64,000 bases of DNA from positions 1-64,000 of the forward strand of contig JBFLGF010000082.1 of the NCBI GenBank assembly GCA_050230475.1. The letters are read 5' to 3'. Positions 49,752 through 63,050 of this stretch are shown piece by piece. Position 1 is the stretch's first letter. Each line of letters begins with the position of its first letter. The translations under genes were made by a program, and so were the position numbers. This DNA is from Ancylonema sp. (Eukaryota). The notes beneath the pieces are model-generated. The model made no database searches. It saw only the letters and a program-made list of their open reading frames with translations, and was not told where the DNA came from.

Positions 49752-52441
49752 GAATTCAATTTTGCTTGTGCGTGCTGTCGCATCTCAAGTAGTACAACAA
49801 GTCGTGTGCCGTTTGCATACGCATCATGTGAAATTCTGCCGTAGTCAGAATCATCGCCACCCTTGGAAAATCGTGACCCTTGCAAGTCGTTGATTGTCAG
49901 TCGTTCTGCTGACGTCAGAAATCGTTACAATTAGTTGCACCGATTCGTACGAGCTTAGCCAGACAACACCCTTTGAATTGCCTGCACCCGTTCCCGTTTA
50001 TTAGTGAATCGTTTTATTCACGACAACGTTTGATTCTCGAAACCAATAGTGAGTGCGCATCCTGACGCAACCAACTATCATCCTTCTGCACCCTTGTAGA
50101 AATTCTATAGCTATTTGCCTTGCGTTCTCTTTACTCGTAGCTGGCACTTGTTGTGAAGTACGATAACCTGTAACGCCTGATTAACCTTAGTGTTGTTTTT
50201 TCTAGACCTCCCACCACTAAGCGTTGCGTGCATCTCAGTTTTCGGCGAGTAGTAGCTACGACAAAATTCGTTGATAAGTCACATACCGTGCTTGAATTGC
50301 ATTCTTGTGTGGTCAGTAGGGACTCAACCTACACCAATCTACTCTAAGTGAGATCCAGATGATGACCAAAGGCCCAATCCTAATGCTGCTCACCCAGACA
50401 TGTAGCCAAGACATCAACCGACATCCGTCATTTTCATCGTCGTAGAAAATTATAAAAAGTCAAGTTTTGCAGATTTTTCCAAAATTGTCGATTTCTTTGT
50501 TTTTGAGAGATTTCGCCGACAGGTTGTCTGCCGACTCCATATGGCACGTCAAATACATGGTGCTAGCTTAAGCACATTGATAACAACTTTGTTGCAATAT
50601 GCTCTTTTTTGCACATACATGGTCACTTGACCTCGTATGTCAACTTCACATTCACCTCCCAAAGTCACCATGACTTTGTATGGAGTGGTTGTGATATGAT
50701 TTTGACGCACGAACTCATCATTGATGAAGTTTTCACTCGCGAACGTGTGCACGGCATCAACACTTTGATTCCGGCCACTTGTACTTGGAATGACAAAGCA
50801 TTGTCATCCGTTGTGATTGCAGTCAACATTGCATCGGTTACACTAATTTTCAAGTTATGTGCTTCAAGGCAGTTAGCGAGGGTTACCCCTGACGCATGCA
50901 CCTGATTGACCTTTTCAAACTCTAGGATTTGCTTAGCAACCTGAAATGCAATCGGCCAACTTATGCGACTTGCATGCGACGTCATGACCATATATTCAAA
51001 TGATCCAATCATTTTTTGAATAGGCTTCATGTAGTCGATCATCTCCTTCAGGAGGCATGCAAATATACACATGCGCTGGCTTGTTGGGCAGAGTGAAGAA
51101 CAAGGTAGGAGTTCAGCCATTTACGACTACCCATTGTCAATGAATGTTTTATGCTAGCAAGCATACTATGAGGTGGTCACTCCCCCTCACACAATCAAAT
51201 ATTCCATGAGACAAAGTACAAGTAATGCCTTCAGTAGCTCACCCGTGACTCCAAGTAAGGGTTTCAGAGCGTTGTGCCACCCTCATGGACTTATCCTCCA
51301 TTTTCCTTTTCTTATCCATACCCAAACTGGTAGGATACCCTGATCCAATCAACAAGACTATCGTCAAATGAAGCTTTATTTGAAGTCTCTTTAAGTATTT
51401 AACAGTCTCTCCAGACATAAGCCTCGCGAAAGACCACTGTCGGACCACTACCCGTACATGGGTAATATCACTCTCTCAACTATATCATGAAACTAGCACA
51501 TAGCCTAGCATGGCTTGGTATTTATGTTTCATGATAGCAAGTGATGTCTACTTCGGCCGCAGCACTTGCGCCTATTGCGCCCATCTCTGGCTCTACAAGC
51601 TTCGTCCACGCGCCACTTGCGCCTTGAAGCTGGGGCTGAAATCTGCTCCACTGGAGCTCTGACTTTGAAAAGCAATTTTCAGCTCAAACGGAGCAGCAAA
51701 TGTCTCGCCGCATCAAATCGCGTCCACGGACTCGGCGTCACCAATCTCTTCGGTGCGATGCGGAGTCGTGATAGTCTAACTTCGTCAAAGTGAACTGAAT
51801 TTGACCTGATCAGAAGTAGACTATTGGAATCTTTTTGTCCTAAGAGCGTTTTCTGCTCTGATACCATTGAAAGGTATCGCCCCGCGGGCAATACACTTGT
51901 TATACACATAAGCTAAATATAACGACGACTTGAACGTCGCGTCACGCTGTGTCCGAGGTCTGCACCAACTAGAAGCTTATTCACATCAACAACTAGTAGA
52001 AGTGAATGCTTCGCAGCCTCGGCGTGAGTATACTAAGGCGAGAGTCCTCGGATGAACCGAGCTCAGACTCTGATCAGTTGAGGGCGTGACATCCCTCAGC
52101 TGACAGTAGTTGCCCAAGCCGTTTGGCAACTCCCATGTGTGTTCGCCAATGCGGGCTCCTAGCCGCGCGTTGACCGCTGACCATACGTCACTCTCAGTTC
52201 GTCCGGCACGGTTACACCGTACACGTGGACTAGTATTTCGACCCGTCGAAATGCCGGTTCAATATTCGTACAAGTATCAATTGGCGCAAGCTTGCGCCAG
52301 TATTAATAATACTCAAATCAGGGGCGCTGGCCTCGGGCCGGCGACCCATTATAAGCAGCCCGGCTTATAAGCACAATCGATAATTAGCTTAATTGCGGGT
52401 TATTAGAGATAACGCACAAACGCGCACGTCACTCCGTTACA
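49752..52441 (-). mobile_element. Ty3/gypsy 5' half (5' LTR, PBS, decayed gag-protease)
   Basis: LTR 52441-51868 is a close inverse copy of 29067-29641. PBS TGGTATCAGAGC at 51855-51866. Retropepsin-like remnant FQVQVAGIKVL...ASENFINDEFV at about 50550-50800. Left boundary approximate. Confidence 0.85.
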
Positions 52442-52479
52442 ATCTACGTGGTCTTGGGGTTCTTTTACGAAAAGGGAGA

Positions 52480-52750
52480 GACTTCGGGCACCCCCCAAAG
52501 CGACTTCGGGCACCCCCCTCCGACTGGCCCGCAGTCTTTCAATTTGAAATATGTAAGTTCAAAAAATCAGAGCTTCCAAACATTTTTCGTTTTTTTTTTT
52601 TTTTTTTTTTTCCCTCGTGTGATGTTCATGGGACTACGACGTAATTATTAGCATTTTTTTTAATAATGTTTTTCCGATCAATGTGGAGTAGAAAAATGGA
52701 CTTCGGTCTATCGTAGGGGGGTGCCCGCAGTCGCTTTGGGGGGTGCCCGC
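52480..52750. mobile_element. Small MITE-like inverted repeat, right end cut
   Basis: CGGGCACCCCCCAAAGCGACT.CGGGCACCCCCCT at about 52485-52520 is inverted at about 52715-52749. Confidence 0.65.
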
Positions 52751-53874
52751 TAGGGTGCGGGGAGCCCGGAGCCCAATGAGCCCGGAGCCCACAAGATCCG
52801 GGCTCATTGAGCCCGAAGCCCAAAGGTTGGAAAAATCCTAGCCTCCGAGCCCAAGGAGCCCAAAGAGGCCAGAGCCTAGATCGGAGCCCGGAGCTTGGAG
52901 CCCGGAGCCCAGAAATGTTGGGCTCGTTTGGGCTCCCTTGGGCTCATTTGGGTTCATCTGAGCTCATTAGGACTCATTTGGGTTCATTTGGAAGCGAAAT
53001 TAACACCTGGGAAAAATAGGTTGAGGGTTTAGGTGAGTCACGTTCGGGTTGGAGGGGTTGGATGATTTGGAGGAGCTTTGGATTTGAAGTGTGCACCCTA
53101 CCTCCGGACGGTGACGTCGAGGAAAGCGATACCACATCTTTTATGGGGGAGAAACGTCCATTAAAAGAGGTCTTCATGTCTAGTTTGGGTGCTATGGACT
53201 TCACGGAATTTCACCTTTCATAGTGAATTATAGTTATTGAGCACTATTGGAAGTAGACCCATTATTCTCACTAGCATCACACGCTAGTGTGGTACATAAG
53301 TATTTCACACGATTGATCAATATACATGTTTTCTATTATTTTCCCTCACTTGTCACATATATGTGCCGAAAATATATTTTGTTCCAAAGGCACGCACTCT
53401 ATCTTGTTTTATGCTTAATATTGTCCGATAGGGAAATAGTAAACACTTCTATGCAGTCTCGAACATCAATGGAAAAAAGAAGATGCAGAGTGGAAGATAA
53501 TTACCATGCCAATCACTTATAGTGATCCAAGTGAACATGTAAGTACACAAATATGACCTTGAAATTGTCAACTTCGCGGAAAACACTTGGGATTTTCTCA
53601 AATTTTAATAAATGATCAATAGTGTGATGAAGAGGGTTTGCTATTAATTACCCGTGATGGAGTACCTACCTCTTCCCTAGTGACCTTGCGGAGTGATTTA
53701 CTTTTCTAAAATTTTCATGATGGGCTCCGGGCTCTTTGGGCTCATTTGGGCTCACTTGGGCTCCGGGCTTCGATCCGGGCTTTGGGCTCATGCTGGGCTC
53801 ATGAGGTATGGGCTCCGGGTTCATGAGGCCGGAGGCCGGAGTCCAGAGCATATGCTTGGGCTCCCCGCACCCTA
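52751..53874. mobile_element. Non-autonomous hAT-like element
   Basis: Perfect 17-bp TIR TAGGGTGCGGGGAGCCC with many oriented GAGCCC subterminal repeats. TSD not preserved. Confidence 0.75.
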
Positions 53875-54283
53875 ATGAAAAACCTAGAAAACCAAAATGG
53901 CTCCGCCCCGGGTGAAAAGTTTTCCGCTCGGAATGCCGTTTGGGACGGATTCGCCCGGAGCGAATAAGCGGGGCGAAATCTTCGGGGCGGAGCCAATGTG
54001 TGAGAGCGCTGCTACTAGCCCTGCAAGTGAGAAGGGCACAGAGCGAGGACTGCATGCTGGAAAGCTGAAAGGTGAACTTCAATTCCTGTTGTTTCATATC
54101 TGAATAAAATTGTAACCAAATAATTTCTGAAAACCTTCCGCAATGAAAAACAAAGTCATTCGGGTTCCCCGAGGCGAGTATCTGTTTAGTGTGCTATTCA
54201 AGTTTTCAAATTTTCTTTCGGAATAAGGATTCACCGAGTATGATGTCTCGAACCGAAAATCGTGCGGCCGTATCCTGCTTGCC

Positions 54284-57200
54284 ATGAGTGCTGACATGGA
54301 AAAATGCACGGATCTTCCAACACGTGTCAAGGTAGCACTTTCCGTGGGTCCAGACGTTGATCCTACTGGTATAATCAGGTAGGTTGACAAACAGAGTACG
54401 CTCTCTGACATCACTCTACATGAGAGGCGAACGTTCTACTCTCATCCCATTCTTTTTACAGGCGAGCGTCGAGTGAGGCGAAAATATGCCACATCTCCAG
54501 AGCATTTCAGCCTTCGTTAAACATCCAGCTGTGATTGTAAAATAAGAAAAATAATGTTTCAAAAAAGCGTGAGAAAGTGCGAAAAATGTGAGAAGGTGGT
54601 ATGACAACATAATAGCAAGCTGGTGGCCATGACGCAGTGAATTGCATCAGATGAATACCTTCTTGGAAGCACTGAAGCGATCAAAGCAGCAAACTGCTCA
54701 TCGCGTGCAACAGTCGCTAGTCAGTGCGACGGAGATAATGAAGGAAGAGTTCGTCCGGGAACATGGCCGATTGGAAGCTGACTGGTGAGTATTTGTATGC
54801 GCGGAAATGGTGCTAATCGTTTTTTTCGACCGCCTGGACTACTTTAACAGATGGTTTTACGTGTGACTATTGATTGCCATGAGATCAGAAATTTTCTGTC
54901 GTGCGTCGCATAACCAAATCTACTTTCAAGCTTGCTGCTTTCTGGCTCAGAATGCCCTCATCATTTGCAGTGCAGGCAAAAGGACATCGTGCCCCTTCAG
55001 CAGGACATCAGAAGTCTCGCTGCAAGGTTTGGAGCGCTGTCGGATATTCTGAACAATATTCAAAAGCAGCTGACAGAGGAGAGCAAGGCACAATTGCAAG
55101 ACCACAACCAGATTTTTGCTGCAATCTCTTTGATGAATGGGGACGCAGCATGCATTGGCGCAGAGGTATGCAGTACAGGACCTATAGAAAAGGTCTGGTG
55201 TTTGCTTGTCTATCCATGCTCGAATGCAGGGTTGGTCAAGGGTCAAGAATATCGGCTTCTCGCGCACCGTTCGGTATGCTGGTTGTACAAATGGTGTGTC
55301 AGTTGACAGTGTTCTGCCATTGCATCACTGCATCACAGTATCCCAGATGAGTGTCTGGCTTGAAAATATATCCATCAATACCGTCAGATGAGTAATTCAT
55401 GAAGTGATCATCTTTGCATATTCATAGTGTAGTGAGTGTCGAGGCAGAGAATCCAACATCCAAAATCCAGCATTCATTATATCAGAGAATCTACTGCACA
55501 TTATGTGCGTGCCCAAAGGCACACATCCACATCCACAGCCTGGCACGAATGTGCCCCAGTCACCTCTGCATGGAAGCGAATAAAACTTAATTCTAGTACA
55601 AGTGCTTTCTTTGATAGCTGATAGTCAGTCAACCACGCTTGTGATGCATGATATTCTGCAGAATTTGGCGAAGATTATGAAAAGCTTTGTTGGCGTTGCC
55701 AACCATGGAGAACGACTGGTGTATATTGCTCGGGAGGAGATGATCAAACAGGACCTGTCCATAACGGAGCCTCCAGACAGAGACGGAGAAGTTGTGGGCT
55801 GTTTCATTGTTCCCTCGTGCCATCTTTCTGGGTAATGTTGCTTTCTCATCGATTCATGCTTTGGCCCCTGTCTGTACGTATCCCTCTGTATGTCTGGGCA
55901 GTTGCCCCGTCCACCTGCATCAGAACATCGTATGCAAATGCAGCAATATGCTCTGATATGCTAGCTGACCCGAAAGTTGTCGGCTTGCATGGACCATTTG
56001 ACAGGCATAAGGCACAGGCTGGGGAAGAAGTCAAGTTGGCAAATGCTGAGACGCCTGGCAATACCACCCTGGTCTCGTCCTCCACATTCAGTTTTCAAGC
56101 AGCCATGCCGTTTGGTCCTTGCAAAGGAGGGGCAGGTTTGGAAATAAAGCCAGGTTCGAATCAGGGAAATCTGCCAAATGCAGCTGATGAAAGTTTCAAT
56201 GGGGAACAACTATGGGAAGAATTACTAGCGGAGAGTGTAGCAGCTGTTGCTGAACGGGACAAGGAAAGTCGGAGAGAAAATGCTGACTTTGTTGATTCTG
56301 AGTGTGTCCGAAGCCAGTGCTCACCTGAAAGAACACCCGAGAGGATTTCGGAAGAGGATAAATTAGTCGAACATCAGACCACTCCAGCCACAAGGAGCAA
56401 GATTGATGAGGTACAAGAGTCAAGGAAGCCGCAGTTTCGGCAAGAAGACCCCAGCATTCCTAATAGAACATCCTTTGAGAAGGTTGTCCCGTATTCAGAG
56501 ATTCCGCTCCGAGATGACAATATGAAGAATCTGGCTCAGAGTCAAGAAGTGTCAGTGTTTGCATTCTTGCCATCTGAGTCTTCGAGACCTGAATCGTTTT
56601 TTGTGAGCAAGCATGCTGAGGTAATCGGTACCAAAATAAAGTACGCCCCAAAACAGAGTGATTGTCCCGTGGACAACTCACCCTTTGGGCCAGCACAGCA
56701 GCTGCCAGATAGAGACACTGCTCCGGATGGCGAACAACAGAATGGGACTGCACATTGCCAGGCAGTGACTGCTGCCACCAACAGGAGAACAGATGCGGCA
56801 CGCCAAGCATGTCACATCTTCGGCTCTCTTCTGGGTATTTTAATTCATTAATACATGCAAAATATATCACTCCCTTGAAGTAGATGTGAAGCCTTCATGA
56901 TCTCTCTGGTGGACAAATGGTGGTCGGCAGGCGGTATCAGCCATGTTGTGTACTGCCATTGCCTTGTCACACTGGGATCCGAAACAAAGGTATTAATAGC
57001 CGTAACAGCTGACATAGGCTGGAGCATGTGCCAAAGTGAAGCGATTTCTTATGTTGCAGGTGCAAACCCAGGGCAGAAAGAGAGGGGAGCTCCCCGCAAA
57101 TCAGTGGGTAGTGGCCTGGTCGACAAACGTGAAATGCGCCGTTCGACGCACCATTGGACCTTGGATGAGATAGAGATGTTGTTAAAGGGCGTTCAAGAGT

Positions 57201-57806
57201 TCAAGCTGGGAAGGTAAGGCCATTCTCACATGGCATGCAAAGCATAACTCTGATTCCTCGCCTCTTATTATTCAGATTTTGTGTGTCATGGACAGGTGGA
57301 AGCGCATATCGGATACCTATTTCAGAAACCACCTTCACCGGAAAGCAAAGGACCTTCAGGTACTGGTCTTGTCTAGGAGGATCTTGCCAGTTTATCATTT
57401 TATAAACATCATGTTAGTTATGTCACATCAACAATTTTTAAGTTGCCCAATACTTTGACAGCGAGTATAAGGATTTTTGCTGATTTGGCAATTAGTGAAG
57501 CTTGGCCACATTTAAACGTGAGACACATATTTTTTCATGTGTAAAGAAGGTGGGCACAGTGGCGACATTGTGCATATTGTACTCCAGAGTTTCTTTCCCA
57601 TTTGTCTGGTGCTTAAGATACGTGGCATTCATAACTGATGCTGATCTTCGTTCACATATGGGAATGACGTTTGTTGATGACAGATGAAGTGGTTGAGGCT
57701 GGTGAGTCAAGCCAGTACTCCTGCAGGGAGCCGGAAATGTTATGTGGTCCAGCCAACAGATGAAACTTTTGCAAGAATCGTTTCAGCAAATCAGGGAATG
57801 AGTTGA
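54284..57806 (+). CDS. TRF-like protein with coiled-coil-like N-terminus and C-terminal single Myb/SANT domain
   Basis: Spliced C-terminus RRSTHHWTLDEIEMLLKGVQEFKLGR|WKRISDTYFRNHLHRKAKDLQ|MKWLRLV (exons approx. 57060-57213, 57295-57359, 57684-57806). 5' exons 54284-54331, 54651-54784 and from about 54976. Middle exon boundaries are uncertain. Confidence 0.7.
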
Positions 57807-60800
57807 TCTCAAGGTGCAGCAAATACGTATGCCTCCTTTCTGAGTTCAGGAGCATTGTCTGCTTGATATGCGAGTAAATCGTGTTGTCTTCTATTCTGAT
57901 TGTATCTCTCCACTTAGTCTTGAAACTAAAGATACATGTTTATATATGTGGGACGACACATGAGTTTGCAAGTGTTACGTTTCGCAACCACCGATACGGA
58001 TTGCACATTGAAAGACCTCCGGACAACAAATATACACAAAATGTTGCCACAAACCGCACTCAGTTTCTTTCCACTCGAGGCCTCATACAGATATTGACAT
58101 CGACAATATTGACCCCAAAATATTGACCAATATTGACCTTAAATTGAGAGCAATGATATCCTCTATATTGGAAAATATGCTTACGTCACAGGGTTCACAA
58201 CCACAATCGGAAGCCGTATACGTAAATGTCTATGTTGCATGTAACTAAGATGTACCGTACTTGCCACACATAATGACCCGGGTTGTACATACTGAGTTAT
58301 GTTTAGTTGATGATGCACCGATTGACCCACCCACGCTCCCACAAGAAAAAACATCAAACTCCTGATTTATATTTATTATCTGGTGACCCACATTATAGAA
58401 TGACCCACTTTTTTTTTTTTTTTTTTTTGACCGCCCCGCGGTGCCTCTCCGTCCACCAACCCACCCACCTTAAGCGTACATTGAATCCTCCTAAATTTCG
58501 GTACCTTGCCTTGTGAAATCCAAATGTGGTTCGGATAAAATATCAAAGTATTCAACATATTCAAGTGGAAGGGGGGGGGGGACAAAAACAAAAACCAGCA
58601 AATGAAACAAAAAAAGTGACACCCAATATCTTGAAAAAAAAAGGGAGGGGGGGGGGCGGAGAGAAAACTCAATTGAACACGTAGAATATTCATGTGGACA
58701 GGTTTGCACTTCTTTGAATAATATAAACCACAAATATGGGACCCCCACTTCGCATATCCCACTTGGAAGCATACTAGTTTTTTACAACCACTAGGGTTGT
58801 TGAGTGGCAACCGGGGAATCCACTACGAACTTCACCACGATCTGCGCTTGAATCGGTAAATGAGAAGCAAGCACCCCGGTGTTAGGAACCCTCTATATGC
58901 AGGATCGGCCATAGTGGACCAACCCTAGCTCGACGTGCGAGATTTTTGTCTATACTTGTTGAATTCACACAGTAGTGCACGCGCACATGCGAAGACTTTG
59001 AAAACAATCGGAACAAGTGGTTTCTATCGAGAAATGGAGTGTATTGAAAATCGGAGTGATACAAGGTGGACCACCTCGTAGCCTACACGTGCCTCCATAA
59101 ACGGTTGATGACTTCTAAGTCAACGGGGACTTCCGTTGCTCGGTTGATAGTTAGTTAACCTACATGTGGACATGTCATGTGTAAATTTTATGCGTCGATT
59201 CATATTCACTACCTAATGGTTCACATATAATGCAAATTATGCTCAACATATGCAACGAGTCGTTGGCAACGACGCACGGTTCAATGTTGCAATCGGCATA
59301 ACGTGTTGGTCAACTAGCGAACTTTTGGTGCATCTAGTCAAGCATCGACATTTAATCCCATCACAATCAATGATCCCAATACAACACCACTTGCTCGATA
59401 CAAAACACATCACTCTCAACAATTGCACAAGAATTCCTACAAGCCAACAAAGGGCCCAAGCTACTTGTTCGGAGTAGTCCCTAATCTCCTCATTATCATC
59501 TGTTTCTGCAGTGGCAGAGTTAATAATTTCTATTTAACTACTAAAACCCAAAACAAACCATTTTACTCCGGTCTAGTCGTGGTGAAGTGACAATTTTATG
59601 GATAGCTGGGTTTTTCCAATACCGTAAATCCTATCTTAATGAATAATGTCGGGACCGGAAAATATTATTGATTAAGACAGGTCCTTACCTAAGACATGAT
59701 CGGTTCCAAACGACCTAAAACGAGTGTCTATGTGAATACGAGGGGCAACAGGTTGATATCCTGGTCGGAATCAACACAAACGTGTATTTTCACGTAGTGA
59801 TAATCAAAATCATTCTCATTCTGACTAAGTTCCAAACATGAGCCAACGCTCCATATTTGTATCCCGCATTACTTTATAATAAAACATGTCGAAATAATAA
59901 CATGTCGAAATAATAACACGTCGAATGATGTCGGGACCGGGAATAATAATTCCTTTAGACATGTTATTCACTTCGTATCAACTCATGTATTTGCCCCTTC
60001 CGATTATTATCACCACCATTTTCCCATCGGCTCATACCATCTCATTCATTAGGCATTTCGCCATCTTTCCGCTAGGTGCATATCGCAACTTGCTTACTAG
60101 GGCGTCTTTTGCATCCGTCCCTAACATTGATAGTCTACTCCATACTATCTTGTTTGCTTTATAGTATTTTCACAGTATTTTCACAGACTTTTGTACTATA
60201 AACCATCTGTTAGCTCGTCCTCGGCGTTATGTAGTGAATTTCACCAGACCGCTGAGACGTGTGGTAGATATAATATTGATATCCCAGCAGAGACTCAATC
60301 TGCAATACTACTTCAATCCGATCGCGGAAGACCTTGATTTCGATAAATTAAAAGTTTGAAACAAATAGTGTGACCAGAAGTATCCGACCAAAAATATCAT
60401 CCTTTGTCTTTCCTGACAACTATTTTATTGACGATATACACTTTTCACATCACGATTCAATGATAGACGTTTATAATCATGGACATTGGGTCAATAGAGC
60501 ATCAAAAATTGAATGTATGTTGAACAAATTACAATCTTCGAAAGGTCTGCTTTCCAGAACAACAGATCTGGGACAAGATTTTCGATTTTACAAACTGGGA
60601 CACATTCAGAGTCAGATTGAGGAATAAAACCAAATGGTACACCTATTACCACCTAATATGCGGGAACAAACATTGGCGCACGTCCAGATGTTACAAACAT
60701 ACAGGAAGCAAGAGTGGATGGAGCACATCCCTCGTCATCTCACCATCCTTTTGCTTCAAGCAGAGGAGGTATGGAAAGCTACATTGGCTTTCACAAGATA

Positions 60801-60846
60801 CGCGTAGCCTAAGACTGAAGAAGTTGATCCACCAGCTTACACAGTT

Positions 60847-63050
60847 ATGGCACCTCAGTCGGACAATCCAACGGGATTTGTTCACATTTCTGATGAACAA
60901 CTGGAAGAACAACTTGAACGAGTGCTGGAAAAACTCATGACAAAGCTTCGAACGACTACAACAGTCACGAACCTGGGGTATTCTATTGATACCCACCCAG
61001 ACCTTTCACCTGGGGGAAGCGTGAACTTGTTGTCGACATAGAAGTTGCTGGCGAGGGGAATCTTTCCACTTTATCACATCAAGCAAGACACGGTGATCTT
61101 CAGTCGAGTGTGGAGGCCGGACTTGGAACTAGTACGATCGAGAGTAGAGAAGTCATATCAGCTAGCGACGGCAACTATGGACAAGCAATACAGGGCCTTT
61201 CTGGATGTGAAAATACGACATCGGAGTGAGTATCAAGGACGAGAGCATTTGTACGTCCATGCGGAATTTTGCAGCAAACAGAAAAGGACAAAGAAATGTG
61301 AACTTGGGTGGGGGTCTGAGGAGTCCAAATTTTCAGAACGGGCGCGTGCAGCAAATTACCTCGAGCCAGTACCTCCATCCACTAACCTGCCAGCTCGGGG
61401 ACATGGGATCTAGGGCAACAGGTATGGTTTTGGAATAATATTTTGCAGCAATATCAGTAGTAGTGTACAGGCACCAGATTATTCGGCCCGGAGGACAGCA
61501 TTCAGAAATAGCTTAGTGGTGTTGCAATACCCGGAAGGCAATTAGGATATCAACGAACGTGTAGGGAACAAGTTTGGGATTGCACTAGTGAATACCGGAG
61601 CAGGGGCTGGATTCAACTGTGCTGATCAGGAGGAAGAGTCAGTTCTGGAAGTCAAGGAGGAAGTGCAGGCAGCAGAGGATGAGGACGAGTTACCTGATCT
61701 GATCGATGAAAGTGAAGAAGAGGAAAGGGAGCTTCGGGAGCGAGTGAAGCAGCTTGGTGGGACGAGCTGGAGCGAAGCCGAAAGGAACTAGGAATCACCC
61801 GCATGTCACGAAGGAGCAAGATTGCAGATGAGGATCGACGACTGCAAGTGGAACTGGCTGGAGCGAAACTCATGATATCATATGGCAGGGTATTCAAGGA
61901 TCAGGGAGCACGGATGCGATCAACGTATGTTCCACCACGTGTGGCAAGGGAGAACAGGACAGTGGAAAATGGGTGGGATCGAGAGAACATCAAGAAATAC
62001 AATGATCAGAGTGATGAGGAGTTTGGTATCTCCATCGATGAGTATAAAGGGGGACAAGATGATTGTAAAGAAGTGAGCAAGAAAAAGGACTTGGAGAAAA
62101 TTGCCAAGGTCATGAATTGAGTTTTGGGAACAACAAAAGAAAAGGTGTAGAGTATGAGAATAATGTCAAAACTTAACATTTTTTTGTACCAAAAAAAAAA
62201 AAAAAAAAAAAGACAAAATAAGGAAAAGAGAATATAGTCATTACTCTTGATTAGGGGGTGTGTGTGTGCTGCATTTTTCAATCAGGGGGTGTGTGGGAAT
62301 AATAATTGTAAATGCATCAAATTTGCATATTAAGTACTAGGGGTTAATAACTATGGGAAATTAATAATAATTAGATATCTTCAAGAAAGGGTGCATCATC
62401 ATGACATTGTACAATAGTAAGAATGTCCAAGTCATCATTTAGATATATCGACAAAGTCAGATAAGGGATGGGCATCGGGCATAGATAAGGAAGGTGACTA
62501 GGAGGAATTACAAAATGACTAGGATAGCGGCGTCGCAACAATATCCGGCACGCTAGAAGATTCTAGCAATTTGTTGTACTCACAAGGGATATAGCCTACT
62601 CGGCTACGATCTCTAAAATCAATTACTCTGAACATCTTGACATCCTTGCAAATATTTGCACTCGTGTTGAATGCTTTGTGTAATTCCCCTATGTATCCTG
62701 CGCATCGATAGCCCGGAACATATTGTGGCAGTTTCTGCCCACAGAGAGGCAGAAGTGCGATTAAGAGATTCCTGCCCACAGAGAGGCAGAAGTGCGAGGA
62801 GTGATTCCTGTCCACAAAGAGACAGAAGCGCAAGTCATAAAGTAAGAGAGAATCCTGTCCACAGAGAGATAGTGGTCAGCAAGAGCGAGGATCTGTCGAT
62901 ATCATCGATAAAGATTTGACAAAATGAATGACACCGAACAAACTTGCAAGAAATTGACCCTCCCTTACTGGCGTGACAGGCTGGGTACTGCGTGATCCAC
63001 ATTCGGGAACTAATTCTATGAAGTATATTCGTGGTTTTCTTAGTCACAAA
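60847..63050 (+). mobile_element. Probable LTR-retrotransposon remnant (decayed ORF, PPT, LTR-like segment)
   Basis: Stop-interrupted ORF 60847-about 62100 with an acidic DELPDLIDESEEE tract. AGGGGGTG followed by TGT at 62292 has the same junction form as the copia PPT/LTR at 36588. No partner LTR in the window. Confidence 0.45.
62731..62870 (+). repeat. About 36-bp tandem repeat x4
   Basis: TTCCTGCCCACAGAGAGGCAGAAGTGCGA core, degenerating rightwards. Confidence 0.8.

Noticed and set aside
58000..59600. Possible ncRNA or TIR element (GACCCAC motifs)
   Set aside because: No tRNA cloverleaf, recognisable RNA motif or TSD could be supported.
62731..62870. CRISPR-like repeat array
   Set aside because: Spacers are too short and irregular, the repeats degenerate, there are no cas genes, and the context is eukaryotic and LTR-like.
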